Part shown: one piece after another, positions 21,182-33,904 of the stretch
Numbering within the stretch: position 1 is the stretch's first letter
Layout of the letters: each line of letters opens with the position of its first letter
NCBI GenBank assembly: GCA_037447605.1
Contig: CM074810.1
Span: 1,398,880 to 1,462,879, forward strand
From: Zygnema circumcarinatum SAG 698-1b
Taxonomy: Eukaryota; Plantae; Zygnematophyceae
Reading direction: 5' to 3'
Length of the DNA: 64,000 nucleotides
Notes under the pieces: model-generated
The model's database searches: none
The model's input: the letters and a program-made list of their open reading frames with translations, nothing else
What the model was told of the DNA's origin: nothing
Position numbers and translations under genes: made by a program

Positions 21182-23730
21182 AGGGAACGGGAGAGAGAGG
21201 GAGAGAGAGGGTGCGGGTGAGGGGGCGGGAAAGAGAAGCGCAGGGTGGGAAGCAGATGCAGGTGCAGAGCGACAGGTGGCGGTCGCCTCCGAGGTTTACT
21301 CCCGGCCGGCGCGTGCGCTGGCGCGCTCTCCCGCCGCCACGTGCGCGTTATGGCCCGCGCCGCGCTGGCCGTACGGCCGTACGGACACCGAAGGGGCGCC
21401 GCCGGATTGGCACAGCGCGGGCGGGCCGTTACAGCGCGGGAAATTGGGGGAGTCGGGGGGCGATCTGGGCCGTCGGATGAGGCTCTTGTGGCATCGAGTC
21501 CGTTGAATTGGCGACGATGGGGAGCAGGTTTATTGGGAATTTGACGGGCAAGTTGATCGGTTAAAAAGCGGTTTGGAAGTTGTTCGGAACGCAGAGACCG
21601 GCGCATGTGCGCGGGGGGGGGGCGGGAGGGGGAGTGGATCGGACGGCGGGGGTGGGGATCAACTGGGGTTTGGGAGAGATTCGGCTTAGTGGAGGTTGAT
21701 CTTCGGCCTGATGTGGATCAGGATCCACATGCGGATATTTGTTTTCTTCTAACGGTGCCGTTTGGTGGTGCACCGGACCGTACGTGTCGGTGACTCTTGT
21801 CGGCAAGACTGCAGAAAAGTCCAAAAGTCTTTCCAAGGAAGGATCAAAATCTCGACGCTGATTGGTCCACGTCGACACATATTGCCGACAAGTGACACGT
21901 ACACACTGTTACTGTGCATGTGCCATAAACGCAAAAATGTGCAATGGAAGTGGCAATGATCTCGCTCAAGGCGATGAGGCCAATTAGTTCCTCGTGGTTC
22001 CCCATGATGTTGATGTTGTCCATGTACATTATGGCATCATCGCCATCGTGAGATCAATGCCACTTCCATTTCCTGTACATCGATCATCCCCACAAACACA
22101 GGGTTTGTAGGGTTTTAGGGTTGCGCGTGCAGCAGGCGCAACGGTCGGAAGCGCCGCGCGCGGGGGAGGGGGGAGGGATTCAAAATGTCGGCGAAAACGA
22201 CAAGAACGGGTACTAGCTTACAGTGGTCGGTGGTACCGGCCACTGTAAGCTCGTTCCGTATCTGGCGGCTCAGATGGCTTGTCTTTATTTAAGGGTAGTG
22301 ATATTTCCACCCCTTTTTTGGATCCAAACACCCCTTCCCGGCCGGGCAGATTTCAAAAGGGATTAAAAACGGAAAATGCTTTTTTCACACCTTTTTGGAA
22401 TCGATACCCACCTTCTTCCGTCGGCTGATTTTATTTTTGCTAACCAAGGAAAATGATACCCCGTCACCGCATTTTGAATACTGTATCCCGNNNNNNNNNN
22501 AGGGAACGGGAGAGAGAGGGAGAGAGAGGGTGCGGGTGAGGGGGCGGGAAAGAGAAGCGCAGGGTGGGAAGCAGATGCAGGTGCAGAGCGACAGGTGGCG
22601 GTCGCCTCCGAGGTTTACTCCCGGCCGGCGCGTGCGCTGGCGCGCTCTCCCGCCGCCACGTGCGCGTTATGGCCCGCGCCGCGCTGGCCGTACGGCCGTA
22701 CGGACACCGAAGGGGCGCCGCCGGATTGGCACAGCGCGGGCGGGCCGTTACAGCGCGGGAAATTGGGGGAGTCGGGGGGCGATCTGGGCCGTCGGATGAG
22801 GCTCTTGTGGCATCGAGTCCGTTGAATTGGCGACGATGGGGAGCAGGTTTATTGGGAATTTGACGGGCAAGTTGATCGGTTAAAAAGCGGTTTGGAAGTT
22901 GTTCGGAACGCAGAGACCGGCGCATGTGCGCGGGGGGGGGGCGGGAGGGGGAGTGGATCGGACGGCGGGGGTGGGGATCAACTGGGGTTTGGGAGAGATT
23001 CGGCTTAGTGGAGGTTGATCTTCGGCCTGATGTGGATCAGGATCCACATGCGGATATTTGTTTTCTTCTAACGGTGCCGTTTGGTGGTGCACCGGACCGT
23101 ACGTGTCGGTGACTCTTGTCGGCAAGACTGCAGAAAAGTCCAAAAGTCTTTCCAAGGAAGGATCAAAATCTCGACGCTGATTGGTCCACGTCGACACATA
23201 TTGCCGACAAGTGACACGTACACACTGTTACTGTGCATGTGCCATAAACGCAAAAATGTGCAATGGAAGTGGCAATGATCTCGCTCAAGGCGATGAGGCC
23301 AATTAGTTCCTCGTGGTTCCCCATGATGTTGATGTTGTCCATGTACATTATGGCATCATCGCCATCGTGAGATCAATGCCACTTCCATTTCCTGTACATC
23401 GATCATCCCCACAAACACAGGGTTTGTAGGGTTTTAGGGTTGCGCGTGCAGCAGGCGCAACGGTCGGAAGCGCCGCGCGCGGGGGAGGGGGGAGGGATTC
23501 AAAATGTCGGCGAAAACGACAAGAACGGGTACTAGCTTACAGTGGTCGGTGGTACCGGCCACTGTAAGCTCGTTCCGTATCTGGCGGCTCAGATGGCTTG
23601 TCTTTATTTAAGGGTAGTGATATTTCCACCCCTTTTTTGGATCCAAACACCCCTTCCCGGCCGGGCAGATTTCAAAAAGGATTAAAAACGGAAAATGCTT
23701 TTTTCACACCTTTTTGGAATCGATACCCAC
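21182..23730. repeat. Near-identical 1.3-kb direct duplication across a scaffold gap (probable assembly artefact)
   Basis: 21182-~22411 equals 22501-~23730 (offset 1319; the ORF track shows identical peptides). Copies are separated by the 10-N gap at 22491-22500 and diverge only inside the transposon TIR. Confidence 0.9.
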
Positions 23731-25019
23731 CCTCCATCGGCAGATTGTATTTTTGCGAAACAAGGAAAATTATAACCCTTCACTCCATTTGAATATCCCG
23801 CTTACCTGAATTTTTTTTCACGCGTGCGGTCAATCGCAGCCGTCGATTCCCTCGCAGATCGCAACGAGGCAGATCACTATTTCATCTGCAGCCGGGCTCG
23901 GTCACAGCGAATGGCACGGGCCCACATATCCCGCCAAAGTCGTCTCAAAAATTTGTCCGTACAAATATCGTACGGTCGTACCAAAAATTTTGTACATTGA
24001 GAATTTGGACCAATCAAAATTTTCCACGTCAAAAATTTAACACGTGGCAAATTTTGATTGGCTGGGAGCTGACAATAGAACAAGATCTCGGGCCGAGGTA
24101 CGCGCGCACTCGCAAGTGCGATCCGGCTTTGACGGGACTCGTGGGCGCTTTCCATTCGCTGAGATCAAGGCCGGCTGCAGATCGAACGGTGATCTGCAGT
24201 GGTGCGATCTGCGAGGGAATCGACAGCTGCGATTGACACACACGTGTGAAAGACGGACACCCGCGAACGATCTCGTGGCGAACGGATCTTCCGCTCCGAG
24301 CGGATTCGGGCAGGCNNNNNNNNNNATCCGCTCGGAGCGGAAGATCCGTTCGCCACGAGATCGTTCGCGGGTGTCCGTCTTTCACACGTGTGTGTCAATC
24401 GCAGCTGTCGATTCCCTCGCAGATCGCACCACTGCAGATCACCGTTCGATCTGCAGCCGGCCTTGATCTCAGCGAATGGAAAGCGCCCACGAGTCCCGTC
24501 AAAGCCGGATCGCACTTGCGAGTGCGCGCGTACCTCGGCCCGAGATCTTGTTCTATTGTCAGCTCCCAGCCAATCAAAATTTGCCACGTGTTAAATTTTT
24601 GACGTGGAAAATTTTGATTGGTCCAAATTCTCAATGTACAAAATTTTTGGTACGACCGTACGATATTTGTACGGACAAATTTTTGAGACGACTTTGGCGG
24701 GATATGTGGGCCCGTGCCATTCGCTGTGACCGAGCCCGGCTGCAGATGAAATAGTGATCTGCCTCGTTGCGATCTGCGAGGGAATCGACGGCTGCGATTG
24801 ACCGCACGCGTGAAAAAAAATTCAGGTAAGCGGGATATTCAAATGGAGTGAAGGGTTATAATTTTCCTTGTTTCGCAAAAATACAATCTGCCGATGGAGG
24901 GTGGGTATCGATTCCAAAAAGGTGTGAAAAAAGCATTTTCCGTTTTTAATCCTTTTTGAAATCTGCCCGGCCGGGAAGGGGTGTTTGGATCCAAAAAAGG
25001 GGTGGAAATATCACTACCC
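23612..25019. mobile_element. GGGTAG-family long-TIR element with 8-bp TSD, assembled as a perfect palindrome
   Basis: GGGTAGTGATATTTCCACCCC...GGGGTGGAAATATCACTACCC; TSD TTATTTAA at 23604-23611 and 25020-25027. Arms 23612-24315 and 24326-25019 are reverse complements around a 10-N gap. The interior is homologous to 10915-11603. Confidence 0.88.
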
Positions 25020-26067
25020 TTATTTAAAGAGGACAAGCAACTAGGGGTACGGATGATTCGTTACCGTAGCTGCACGTGAGCCCAAATCCGGCAATTAGTC
25101 AGTGAACGTCAAAATGGGTCAAGTCTTACTCTCACTGTTCAACGAGACGTTTTTTGTCGGTTTCTGGATCTTTTTTGTCCGGTTCGTTTAAAGGATGCTC
25201 AGATGGACCGAAATGGCAGCCGTTATGTCGGGACGCGCCGACTGGCACGCGCAGCGCCGTCGGATGCGACAAAATACGGCTTACGGTCAACCTCTCGCCC
25301 AAAGTCTTTCACATTCGGCACTTGTAGAGAACGACGCTTTTTCAAAAGCGACGCACATGCAGATCTCCCGCCACTGAGCTGGCACCCACTGAATCTACAA
25401 CCTGATCTAATCGAATCCACCGACAGAATCTCAAACAAGAGCGATTCCTCTAACACGACGCGTGTCAGTTCCGTAGCAAGCGTGTACGGAACCAATCAGT
25501 GTGCGTCGAGTGATGGGTTTTGTCCTGTACGGCCATGTCAAAAGTCGCTCCTGGCAGGCGCCGTTCGTCCGCGATGATTGGCGGTTCACCGCACGTGGAG
25601 CTGCCAGCATGGCAAAATGAAACACGTGGTTTCGTTTTATTGGACGTCGGAACCGCTTGAGGTACACGTTAGGAAAGGAGCGGATCGATAGCGACAGAGC
25701 ACCTGTCGGTGCGCTCGTGTGCGCGTCCGCCCTGCCGTACCGGTGACATCGCTCGTGCGAAATCCTCCAGAAGTCCCACCGTCGTTTTTAGGCCGTGGTC
25801 GGTGTGACCGTTGACGAGCCGCTGTGCGCCGTCGATATCATAATTTTTAGCCAATATCGGACCGTGGAGATGTGTGCAGGCCGTACTATTCAACCGTCGT
25901 GTACTGTATCGGGCGAAGGCCATGTGCTCATGTTCTATGTCACAGTTCGACTGGCCACATGAGAGGACTGCTGCTCATGGAACAAGGAATTCGCGTCGCT
26001 TGTGGCGTTACTTGCACACTGGTCAGTTTACAGTTCAGTTAAATCAAGAACTGCACAGGTCGGACGA

Positions 26068-26773
26068 TTAGATCGCCAACCATTGGACAAACATTGATTG
26101 GATGGCAATGGTTGGACGTCTAGGGGTTGGCAACCAATCGATTGGTTGCCGATCATTGGATCGAATGGTTCTGAACCATTCGAATTATTGCCAACCATTG
26201 GATCCAATGCTTGCCAACCATTGGATCCAATGCTTGCCAACCATTAGCCACCAAACGACCCATCCGACCCACTCTTGAGCCCGTAACCCACGTCTTCTCA
26301 CACGTACGACCTACCGTAAATTATAAACTTCTTTTTGTTGAAGCATTCCCTTTGTATTCCGATTTTTCCCTTTTTTGACATGAATTCCTCCTCTTTTGAT
26401 CCGGCAACTTGTACACCTTCCTTTCCTATATCTTGCTCCTCGTCGTTGCCCATTTGAATCGAACAGGTCAAAGACCTTCCAACAAAAAAAAAAAAAAAAA
26501 AGAGTCTAAAATAACGACTTAGTAATCCCTGCACACCATAACCAAGTAAATCCTTAAAGCAATTAAAATGTCAAAAAACAAAATACCCCTAAACCCACCA
26601 AAGTATTGTTTTGGTCCGGCGCCAATGGTTGGCAACCATTCGAATGGCTGCCAACCATTGGAATCCATTGGTAAGTGGTTGCCAACCATTGGCAGCCAAT
26701 GGTTCCAAACCATTCGAATGGTTGTTTCGGTCCGGTGCCAATGGTTGGTAACCACTCCAATGGTTGGCCTAAT
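26068..26773. mobile_element. Putative MITE-like element with dense CCAATGG/CCATTGG subterminal repeats
   Basis: Clusters of (GCC)AACCATTGG and CCAATGGTT at 26075-26250 and 26620-26770. Ends resemble imperfect inverted repeats (TAGATCGCCAACCATTGGA ... TCCAATGGTTGGCCTA). Related cluster at 50425-50560. TSD not established. Confidence 0.5.
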
Positions 26774-26952
26774 GCGAAGAACTGCAGCTCTGGGAGACCG
26801 CATAGAGCGATGGCACAGCACGCGGCCACAGCAGTTGAACAAATTAAATCAATTTATTCTAAAGAACAGTTTCGCCTTTTCTTCGGCGCAATAATATCAC
26901 ATTTTTACAAATGCAAACTGCAGGCCTCTCCGTGTCTATGTTCAACTGTCCG

Positions 26953-29900
26953 TTAAACTCGCGGCACCGCCATGGAACCCGTCGCCAGGAGGCGGGTCAG
27001 CACCTGCGCGCCCCCGTAAAACCAGGTTTTCAGGCATCAAACCGGGTTTTCAGTTTTTATTTTATTTTATTATCTTAAAATTAGGGCATTCCCACGCGGG
27101 CCAATCCCACCTCGCCACATCGCGCCTCGATCTTCAGCGTTGCCACGTCATCCGCCCTCGTGGGCCCCACATTGACCAGCGCCACCGGCTGCCCGGCCTC
27201 TCGGGCAGCCCTGCGCCCTCCCCAAAAAAAAAACCACCGTCAGAAATTCCCTAAAAACCCTCCCCCCCCTTGCGACCGCATGACGAGCAGATTGAAAATC
27301 GGAGGTTTTAGGGTTCTCAGGCTGCCCCCCCGCGNNNNNNNNNNCCCCCCCCCCCCCCCCCCCCCCCCCCGCGCACGGTCTCACCGCGCCAATCGGAAGG
27401 CCGAAAGCGCCGCGAGAGACGACCCGAGGACCAACAGCGCGTCGCCACGTGTCACCATGGCATTGGCCGCAGCCGCCCTCTCCTTGGGCAGATTGTCCCC
27501 GAAAAACACCACCTGCGCACCGCCCTCAAACTTAAGACCCAGTCTCCCGCCTCCGCCACCTTACAAAAAACCCGAAAAAACCCTAAAACCCTAAAACCTT
27601 ACCCCCCCCCCCCCCCCCCCCCNNNNNNNNNNCCCCCCCCCCCCCCCCCCCCCCCCCCGGGCGGTGGGCCCTACGTTGGGTTTGAGGACGCCCCCGCAGC
27701 GGTCGCAGGGCGGCACCCTGAACCCTTCCAGCTCGGCGCGGCTCCCAAACCCTAAATCGTCAAGTTCGGCGTCGCCGTCCGGCCGCTGCCTCGCGCCGCC
27801 GCCCTGCAGGGAGGAGGCCTCAGCCGCCGCCGCCCACTGGGAGGGAGGGAGGGAGGGAGGGAGAGAGGGAGGGAGAGGAGGGAGAGAGGGAGGGAGACAA
27901 GGAAAGGGAAGGAGGATGAATAACAAACAATAGGGGATAGAAGATAGAAAGGAAGCCAGGGAGGGGTACTGGAATACTGGAAGGAGAGAGTCAGTGTTTC
28001 TGGCAAAAAAACAAGTAACACGGGCGTGTGGATGGATGATCAAAGGGACGGAGAAGCTCCCGCCCTCTGTTTCTCTCTCTCCCGCCCATTCCCTCTCTAC
28101 CCCTCTCGTCGCATGTAGCAATCTTTGCTGTCTGCGTGGGTTCGCATCTTCTCTCACTTCCTGCTCTGCCCTGTCCCCTCCTCCCTCTCTACTGCTCATC
28201 CCCCTCCCTCCGATCAAGCACGCCCTTCCTCCTTTCCTCCCTACTCCCTTCTATGTATGTTAGATTACTTTCAAAGCCCATTCCCCTCAATGCCCATCTC
28301 GTCCTCTCACTTTCTCTCTTCCCCTCCCTCCCCCCCCTTTCTCCCTCACCCATTTTCTCCCGCCCCTTCCAACCCCCATCCTCCTCCCCCTCCTCTCTCC
28401 CCGCACTCCCCCCCCCTCTTTCTCCACCCTTCTCTCTTCCCCCCACTTCTCCGTCCCCTCCCACTCCCCCTCCCTCCCCCTCCCTCTTTCCTCCCGCTCC
28501 CTCCCCCCTCCCCCTCCCTCCTCCCCCTTCCTCCCCCCCCCTCCTCCCTCCCCTCCCTCTCCCTCCCATTCTCTCCCACCTCCCCCTCCCCCCTCCCTCC
28601 CTCCCTCCCTCTCCCTCCCTCCCTCCCCTCCCTCCCTCCCCTCCCTCTTCCTCCCCCTCTCCCCCCCTCCTCCTCCCTCCCCCCCCTCCCCCCTCCCCTC
28701 CCTCTCCCTCCCCCTCTCTTTCCCCCTCTCTCCCTCCCTCCCTCACCTCCGGGTTGAGCGCCCGCAGGCGGTCCTGCATGGCCTCGCGCGGCCCCTCGTT
28801 CCCGCACGCGAGGCAGACCGTCTCGCGCGTGCTCCCGTGCAGCTCCAACGCAAAGCGACTCCCCGCCATGGTGTGCAGCCTGCCATCCTCACATGCCATC
28901 CATCCCATGCATACATGAACGCATGGCCCCCCATCATCACATGCCATCCATCCCATGCGTGCATGCATGCCTCCCCCCTCATCACCCCATGCATGCCCAG
29001 CACCAGTCCCAGCGCGCCACCTGTCCACGTTCTGCGTGACGAGCCCCCCCCCCGCCCGCCCGCCCTCCTCGAGCCGCGCGACCGCCACGTGGGCGGGCCC
29101 GGGCCGCGCCGCGAGGAGGCGGGCCCACCCCACGTAGGACCGCGCCCAGTACCGCCGCCGCTGCCCGGGAGACCCAATGAACTCCTGCCACGTGGCGACA
29201 CGTGGGGGAGGGGGGGCAGCCAATCAAGGGCCCACGTCGCGCCATCTGTCGCCGTAAAGAAGTTGGCTTTGAGAAAGGGCTAAAGGGGGGCTTAAAAAGG
29301 GCCAATGGGAGGGATGGGAGGGTGAAGCAGGAGTACGAATTTGAGGGGGGTTTCATTTTTTTTTTTTTGTTTTTTTTCAGGGGGGGGGGGTAAAGGCGGG
29401 CATTTCCGAAATAGTATTTTCTAAGAATGACAAAAAGAAAAAAAGATAAAGTGTAAATTTTGAGTTATGTCGAGCCATCCACCAATCGCTGCCCGCAAGG
29501 AAACCCTCCAGAGGAGTGTTCGGTGCCAGGCACCGATCTATGGCAGACAGTTCAGTTTTATGTCGCGCCAAGGTCATACACAACTGACATAGAATCGACA
29601 GCTGGTAATCAGTTTAAATGGCGCACTAAATAGGCGGAGGACGATTTTTACAATTCCTTTTAAGGGTTGGAAAAAAGGAGAGAGGAATTGGAAGCTTCGA
29701 CAAACAAAAAAAGAAAAGAGGGGGAGATAGTATTGGACTCACTTGATGAGTCATCGGCTTAAATCCGGAACTGTAGGCTCCGTTAGGGCTGCACATGCAT
29801 CAAAGGAACTCGAAAAATTAGAATTCTTTCTCTCTCTCTCCCTCTTCTCTCACTCTCCCACTCTCTCCTCTTCCCCTCTCTCCCTCTCTCTCCCCCTCGT

Positions 29901-31016
29901 CTCCTCTCCCCCCTCGCACTCTATCTCCCTCTCTCTCTCTCTCCTGAACCCACTCTGCGTTCATGATTACTCCAAGAAAATCCCATCCACATAGCTACGA
30001 AGAAACAGCATTACAGTGACAGAATTCCCAACCATCGACAAGTGAAATTGTAATAATGCAGATGAAAAATAATCATGCTGAAAACACAATCTGACTGACC
30101 TTCTGTAATCAGGGATTCCGCTCTCTGTGCTGACGCCTGCTCCCGTCAGCACTACAAGTCGCCGACTGCAATGACGAAACATGAAAAATAGTTAAAAAAA
30201 CAAAAGGGTGAGGGGGGCTAACACAGTTAAAATGTTCGAAATCAGAGCCGCGGAACTACAATCAAATCAATTTAAGCAAAGACAAATAAGATAAAAAAGA
30301 ATGACAATAGAGAATACAGCGAATGCAGTTGCTCTCATTTCTGAACTGCTGAGAAAGCAAATTCCAGAATGAAATTTTCTAACATTCTTTAAGGACCCCA
30401 TATATCACTGCATGCAAAAAAATACAAAACAAGACCCCTCCACATGCATGGAAGCCTCCACAACTCCAATCTGGGTTCAGAGTTTGCTTCCCCTTACGAA
30501 ATCATAATCTGCTAACTATAGATTCTGACACTGGACAGTATAGATCCGTAGTGATCAGGAGCAAGAAAATCCGGATTCCATGACGTGAACCTAAATCTGA
30601 AAATATTTGAAAGAACTAAATAATGGGCAAAGTGACGAGAGGGACCATTGGGTGGAAGAGGCAAAACCCTTTTAACCAGCCTCTATTCCAATAAGATTTC
30701 CTTTCGATCCACTCTATCTTGATCAGATTCCCAGACCAAACAAAAATGAGCCCCACCTACTCTCAACGAAGTCGTGCAGAAGCGCCACCTGTCGCTCTGT
30801 GGGAGGCGGCGCTGCCGGCACGACAGCCCCTCCCCTGATAGCTCCCTCTCCCTCTCTCCCTCCCTTCCCACCTCCCTCATGGAGGCCAACTACAGGAGGG
30901 AGAGGGAGAGGGAAGTCTCCGGAAGCCATGGCTTGGAGAGAATGGCCGCCATGGAGAAAGCTCCGAGTTTGGATGCGGAGGCGAGGGAGGAGAGAGGAGG
31001 AGGAGAAGGCGGCCAT
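26953..31016 (-). CDS. SRT2: NAD-dependent protein deacylase, class II sirtuin (SRT2/SIRT4-like), 369 aa, 9 exons
   Basis: Exons 31016-30757, 30165-30100, 29788-29743, 29184-29021, 28879-28747, 27836-27675, 27512-27385, 27210-27111, 27003-26953 (1110 nt, in phase). Motifs [54 protein letters not shown], ELHG, CxxC/CxxC zinc sites, LKPNVVFFGDN, GSSL, NVGPTRAD. Confidence 0.96.
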
Positions 31017-31349
31017 GCCGAAGATTTGGGCTCTCTCCCTCCGTCTGCTCTCTCGTCCTTGGAAGGTGCCCCTTTAAGGATATCGAAATGTGGGGGGATT
31101 AGGGGGGAGGGGAGTGGGAGGGAGAGAGAGGGGAGGAAGGAGGGGGAGAGGGTGGCGAGGAGGGAGAGGACAGAGAGGGAGAGGGAGAGGGAGATGGAAG
31201 GGGGGGCGGAGGGCGGGACGGAGAGAGGTGAATAGGTTGGGACTTCCGCGGCTTAAGCCGCGCGCTGGGCCGACACCGAACCCTTCGTTCTGAATTCGGA
31301 GACGCGCGGCTGAACCCGATCTGAGGTTCGAGGCCTTCGCTCTGGGAAC

Positions 31350-31387
<38 letters not shown>

Positions 31388-31498
31388 CCTCCGTCTACCT
31401 CCGCCTATCTCTCGCCTCTTCCCCTCGCTCTCTCACTCCCCCCTCCCCCTTCCCGCCCTTCTCCCTCTCTCTCTCCCTCCCTCTCTTTCACACACACC

Positions 31499-33021
31499 AT
31501 GGCGCAGGCGCCAGAGGGCATTACTCTTGACAAGGAAGCGGTGAGTGAGAAGGAGAAACTGAACTCCTTTTTTTGAGTTTCGTTCGGGTTTTTATTTTCG
31601 GCTTCATTTTATTTCATTAAATCTCTACGCCATTTTACATCTCCAGCGGAACCAGTTCACTTTTGCACTCGATTTGGTCTAGAAGACGGAGTTACTTACC
31701 GAAAGAATTAAACCTTTTTTGAGAATTTAAATAGGTGACTTCCTGTCAAGCACAAATTTCAATTCTTTTGTTTTTTTAAGTCAATTGATCTGCCAAAGTG
31801 GTTTCTTCCACAGTGCATGAACTGACTAGAACTTACTACGTATACATGTGTTTTCTGCACTACAATTCATTCTAGAAAAAAGTGTTGTGAGACATTAATC
31901 TCCCTATTTTTCTGTAGCAGGTATTCATGTTGGCTCAGCAGGAGATGGAGTACAGAGTGGGACTGTTCAATGGGTGAGAGCTCAGCTTCCCCCTTCTCTG
32001 CCAATTTTCGTTTTCAGCATCCAATCCTCCCACTTAAGTAGCCCCTGTTTTCCGCTTTGTCCCTCTCTCCCTGTCTCTCTCTATCTCTCTCCCTCTCCCT
32101 CCCTCTCTCTTTCTCACTGGCTCTCCCTCACCTTCTGACTAATTGTCACTCATCCTCACCAATTCTGCCCATCCGATTGGTGTTCGAACTGAGGATCCTC
32201 GACTTTCGAAACTTTACCAAGCGTTGACTTTGCTGTTAAGCTTTATGAATCGTCAAATCGTTGACATATGCACTGTAAAGTTGAGATGTTGTCCTACAAT
32301 TTCTCGTACGCTTCAAAAGGATCTCCATTCTCGTGGTCATACTTGGACGTTTTTGGGATTATTTCGATTTTTGTTTGCAGGCTCGTTTCAAACTGCTTCG
32401 ACAAGTGCGTGGAGAAGAAGTAAATCTCGTCTCCCTCTCTAAATTTCTGAATTTGTGTAAATTCTCGTTCGTTAAACTTAAAAAAAACCTTTTGTTCAGC
32501 TTGAAGGTGACTTCCCTGTAAGCATACTTTTGGACTATGAGCCATGCACTCAGAGAGCGAGAGGGAGTAGGAGATGGAACGGGGTAGGGGGTAGGGCGAG
32601 GCCGAGGATGAGGGGAGGGAGTGGTAGAGAGAGAGAGAGAGTTGTGTCCACTATTGTAACACATTATTGCTGTTGGATTGAGAGAAGTTGACTGCTGCAC
32701 TCGCAGGTACAAGGATGGAGATCTCAACTTGGGGGAGAACAGCTGTATTGACCGCTGCGTGGCCAAATACTGGCAGGTGCTGCACTCTGCGCCGCACCCC
32801 TCTTTCGCAGTACAACGCTGCCAAGTTTAAGAGTTTAGAGTTTAGGGGTTTTAGGGTTCGCAGGGTTTTATAGGTACACATGGGTTTAGGGCTCGCCGTT
32901 GATCTTAATTTTCGAGGTTAGAGTTAGGGTTCGCCTTTGAACGTTGTGTGGCGTGTTTGGCTTGCAGGTGACCGGCATCATTGGGAATATGTTGGGCGCC
33001 AACACAAGGCCGGGAGTGTGA
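31499..33021 (+). CDS. TIM10: Mitochondrial import inner membrane translocase subunit TIM10, 85 aa, 5 exons
   Basis: Exons 31499-31540, 31921-31973, 32381-32419, 32707-32776, 32968-33021 (258 nt). Twin CX3C motifs (CFDKC, CIDRC) in EMEYRVGLFNGLVSNCFDKCVEKKYKDGDLNLGENSCIDRCVAKYWQV. Confidence 0.95.
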
Positions 33022-33904
33022 TGTGCTGCAGCTGATGTCGACATATTTGGTCGGACATGGAGAGAAACAGACAGGGAAGTCGGAGCTGTACTGCATCATT
33101 TGAGGAGATGATGTCACTGACTGCGATGATGTTGCGCGTCGAGTGATGTTGGGGGGAATGGGAGCGTTTCCCAAATGCCCATTTCTATGCGGAAGATTTC
33201 GAAGGCCTGCTTCAATTTAGCGCAAGGCAGAGTATGCCAGTAAGGTTGTAGAGCGGGAGCACTTCTGATTTTTTTGTTCTAGTGAGTTTGTGGAACGACT
33301 TAGGAAATATTGTTAAAGGAAGCTTCAACCGACTTATTTCTTTCACAAAAGGTTCTCAAAAAGTTGCTCAGATTGTACTTCATTCTTTTTTGCCAAAGTG
33401 ACAACCGGTTGACGAAGCAACTGCATTTGAGGTGCAAAAATGCCGCAAGAAGGAAGGACTTAGCCCCAACTTCCACCCTCTCGAGCTTCCTCATCCTTGT
33501 ACGGTTCAGGGGCAAATCGTCAGGCCAACGACCAATCTCTCTTTCACTCCTCTCTCTCTCCCTCTATCTCACCCCCTCTCTCACTCTCTCTCTCACACTC
33601 TCTCTCTCGCTCTCTCTCGGTCGCAGAGAAGCCTCTCCTCGGCCACTCTCATGGTTTCAACTCAACATGATGACCTGTGCTTCCTGTTAAGAAGCTGTTA
33701 CAAGAAACAACGAGTAAGTTTATAGTTTGCAGCATTTAGGGTTTGAGTTCTTCTAGAGCTGCTGCTCAGGAACCGTAAAACTTAAAAAGGTAAAGGGGAA
33801 AATAAAGGAAAGGCGACTTACAGAGCTTTGCTGGTTCTCTCTCCTACTGGAAGGGCGGGCAACATAAGACCAGCTATCCGTAGTCATGGAAAAAAACCCT
33901 CGAC

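Noticed and set aside
21182-23730. Recent tandem gene duplication
   Set aside because: Non-coding, essentially identical and centred on an N-gap; best explained as assembly redundancy.
23612-25019. Giant hairpin RNA or miRNA precursor
   Set aside because: Perfect symmetry about an N-gap, together with the asymmetric intact relative at 10715-11756, indicates probable mis-assembly; not accepted without long reads.
28125-28918. Proline-rich extensin-like ORFs (210-260 aa)
   Set aside because: Antisense reading of the C/T-rich SRT2 intron; the same applies to similar P/L/S or E/R/G ORFs at 20857-21606, 47071-47598, 52677-53257, 56136-57754 and 61254-61920.
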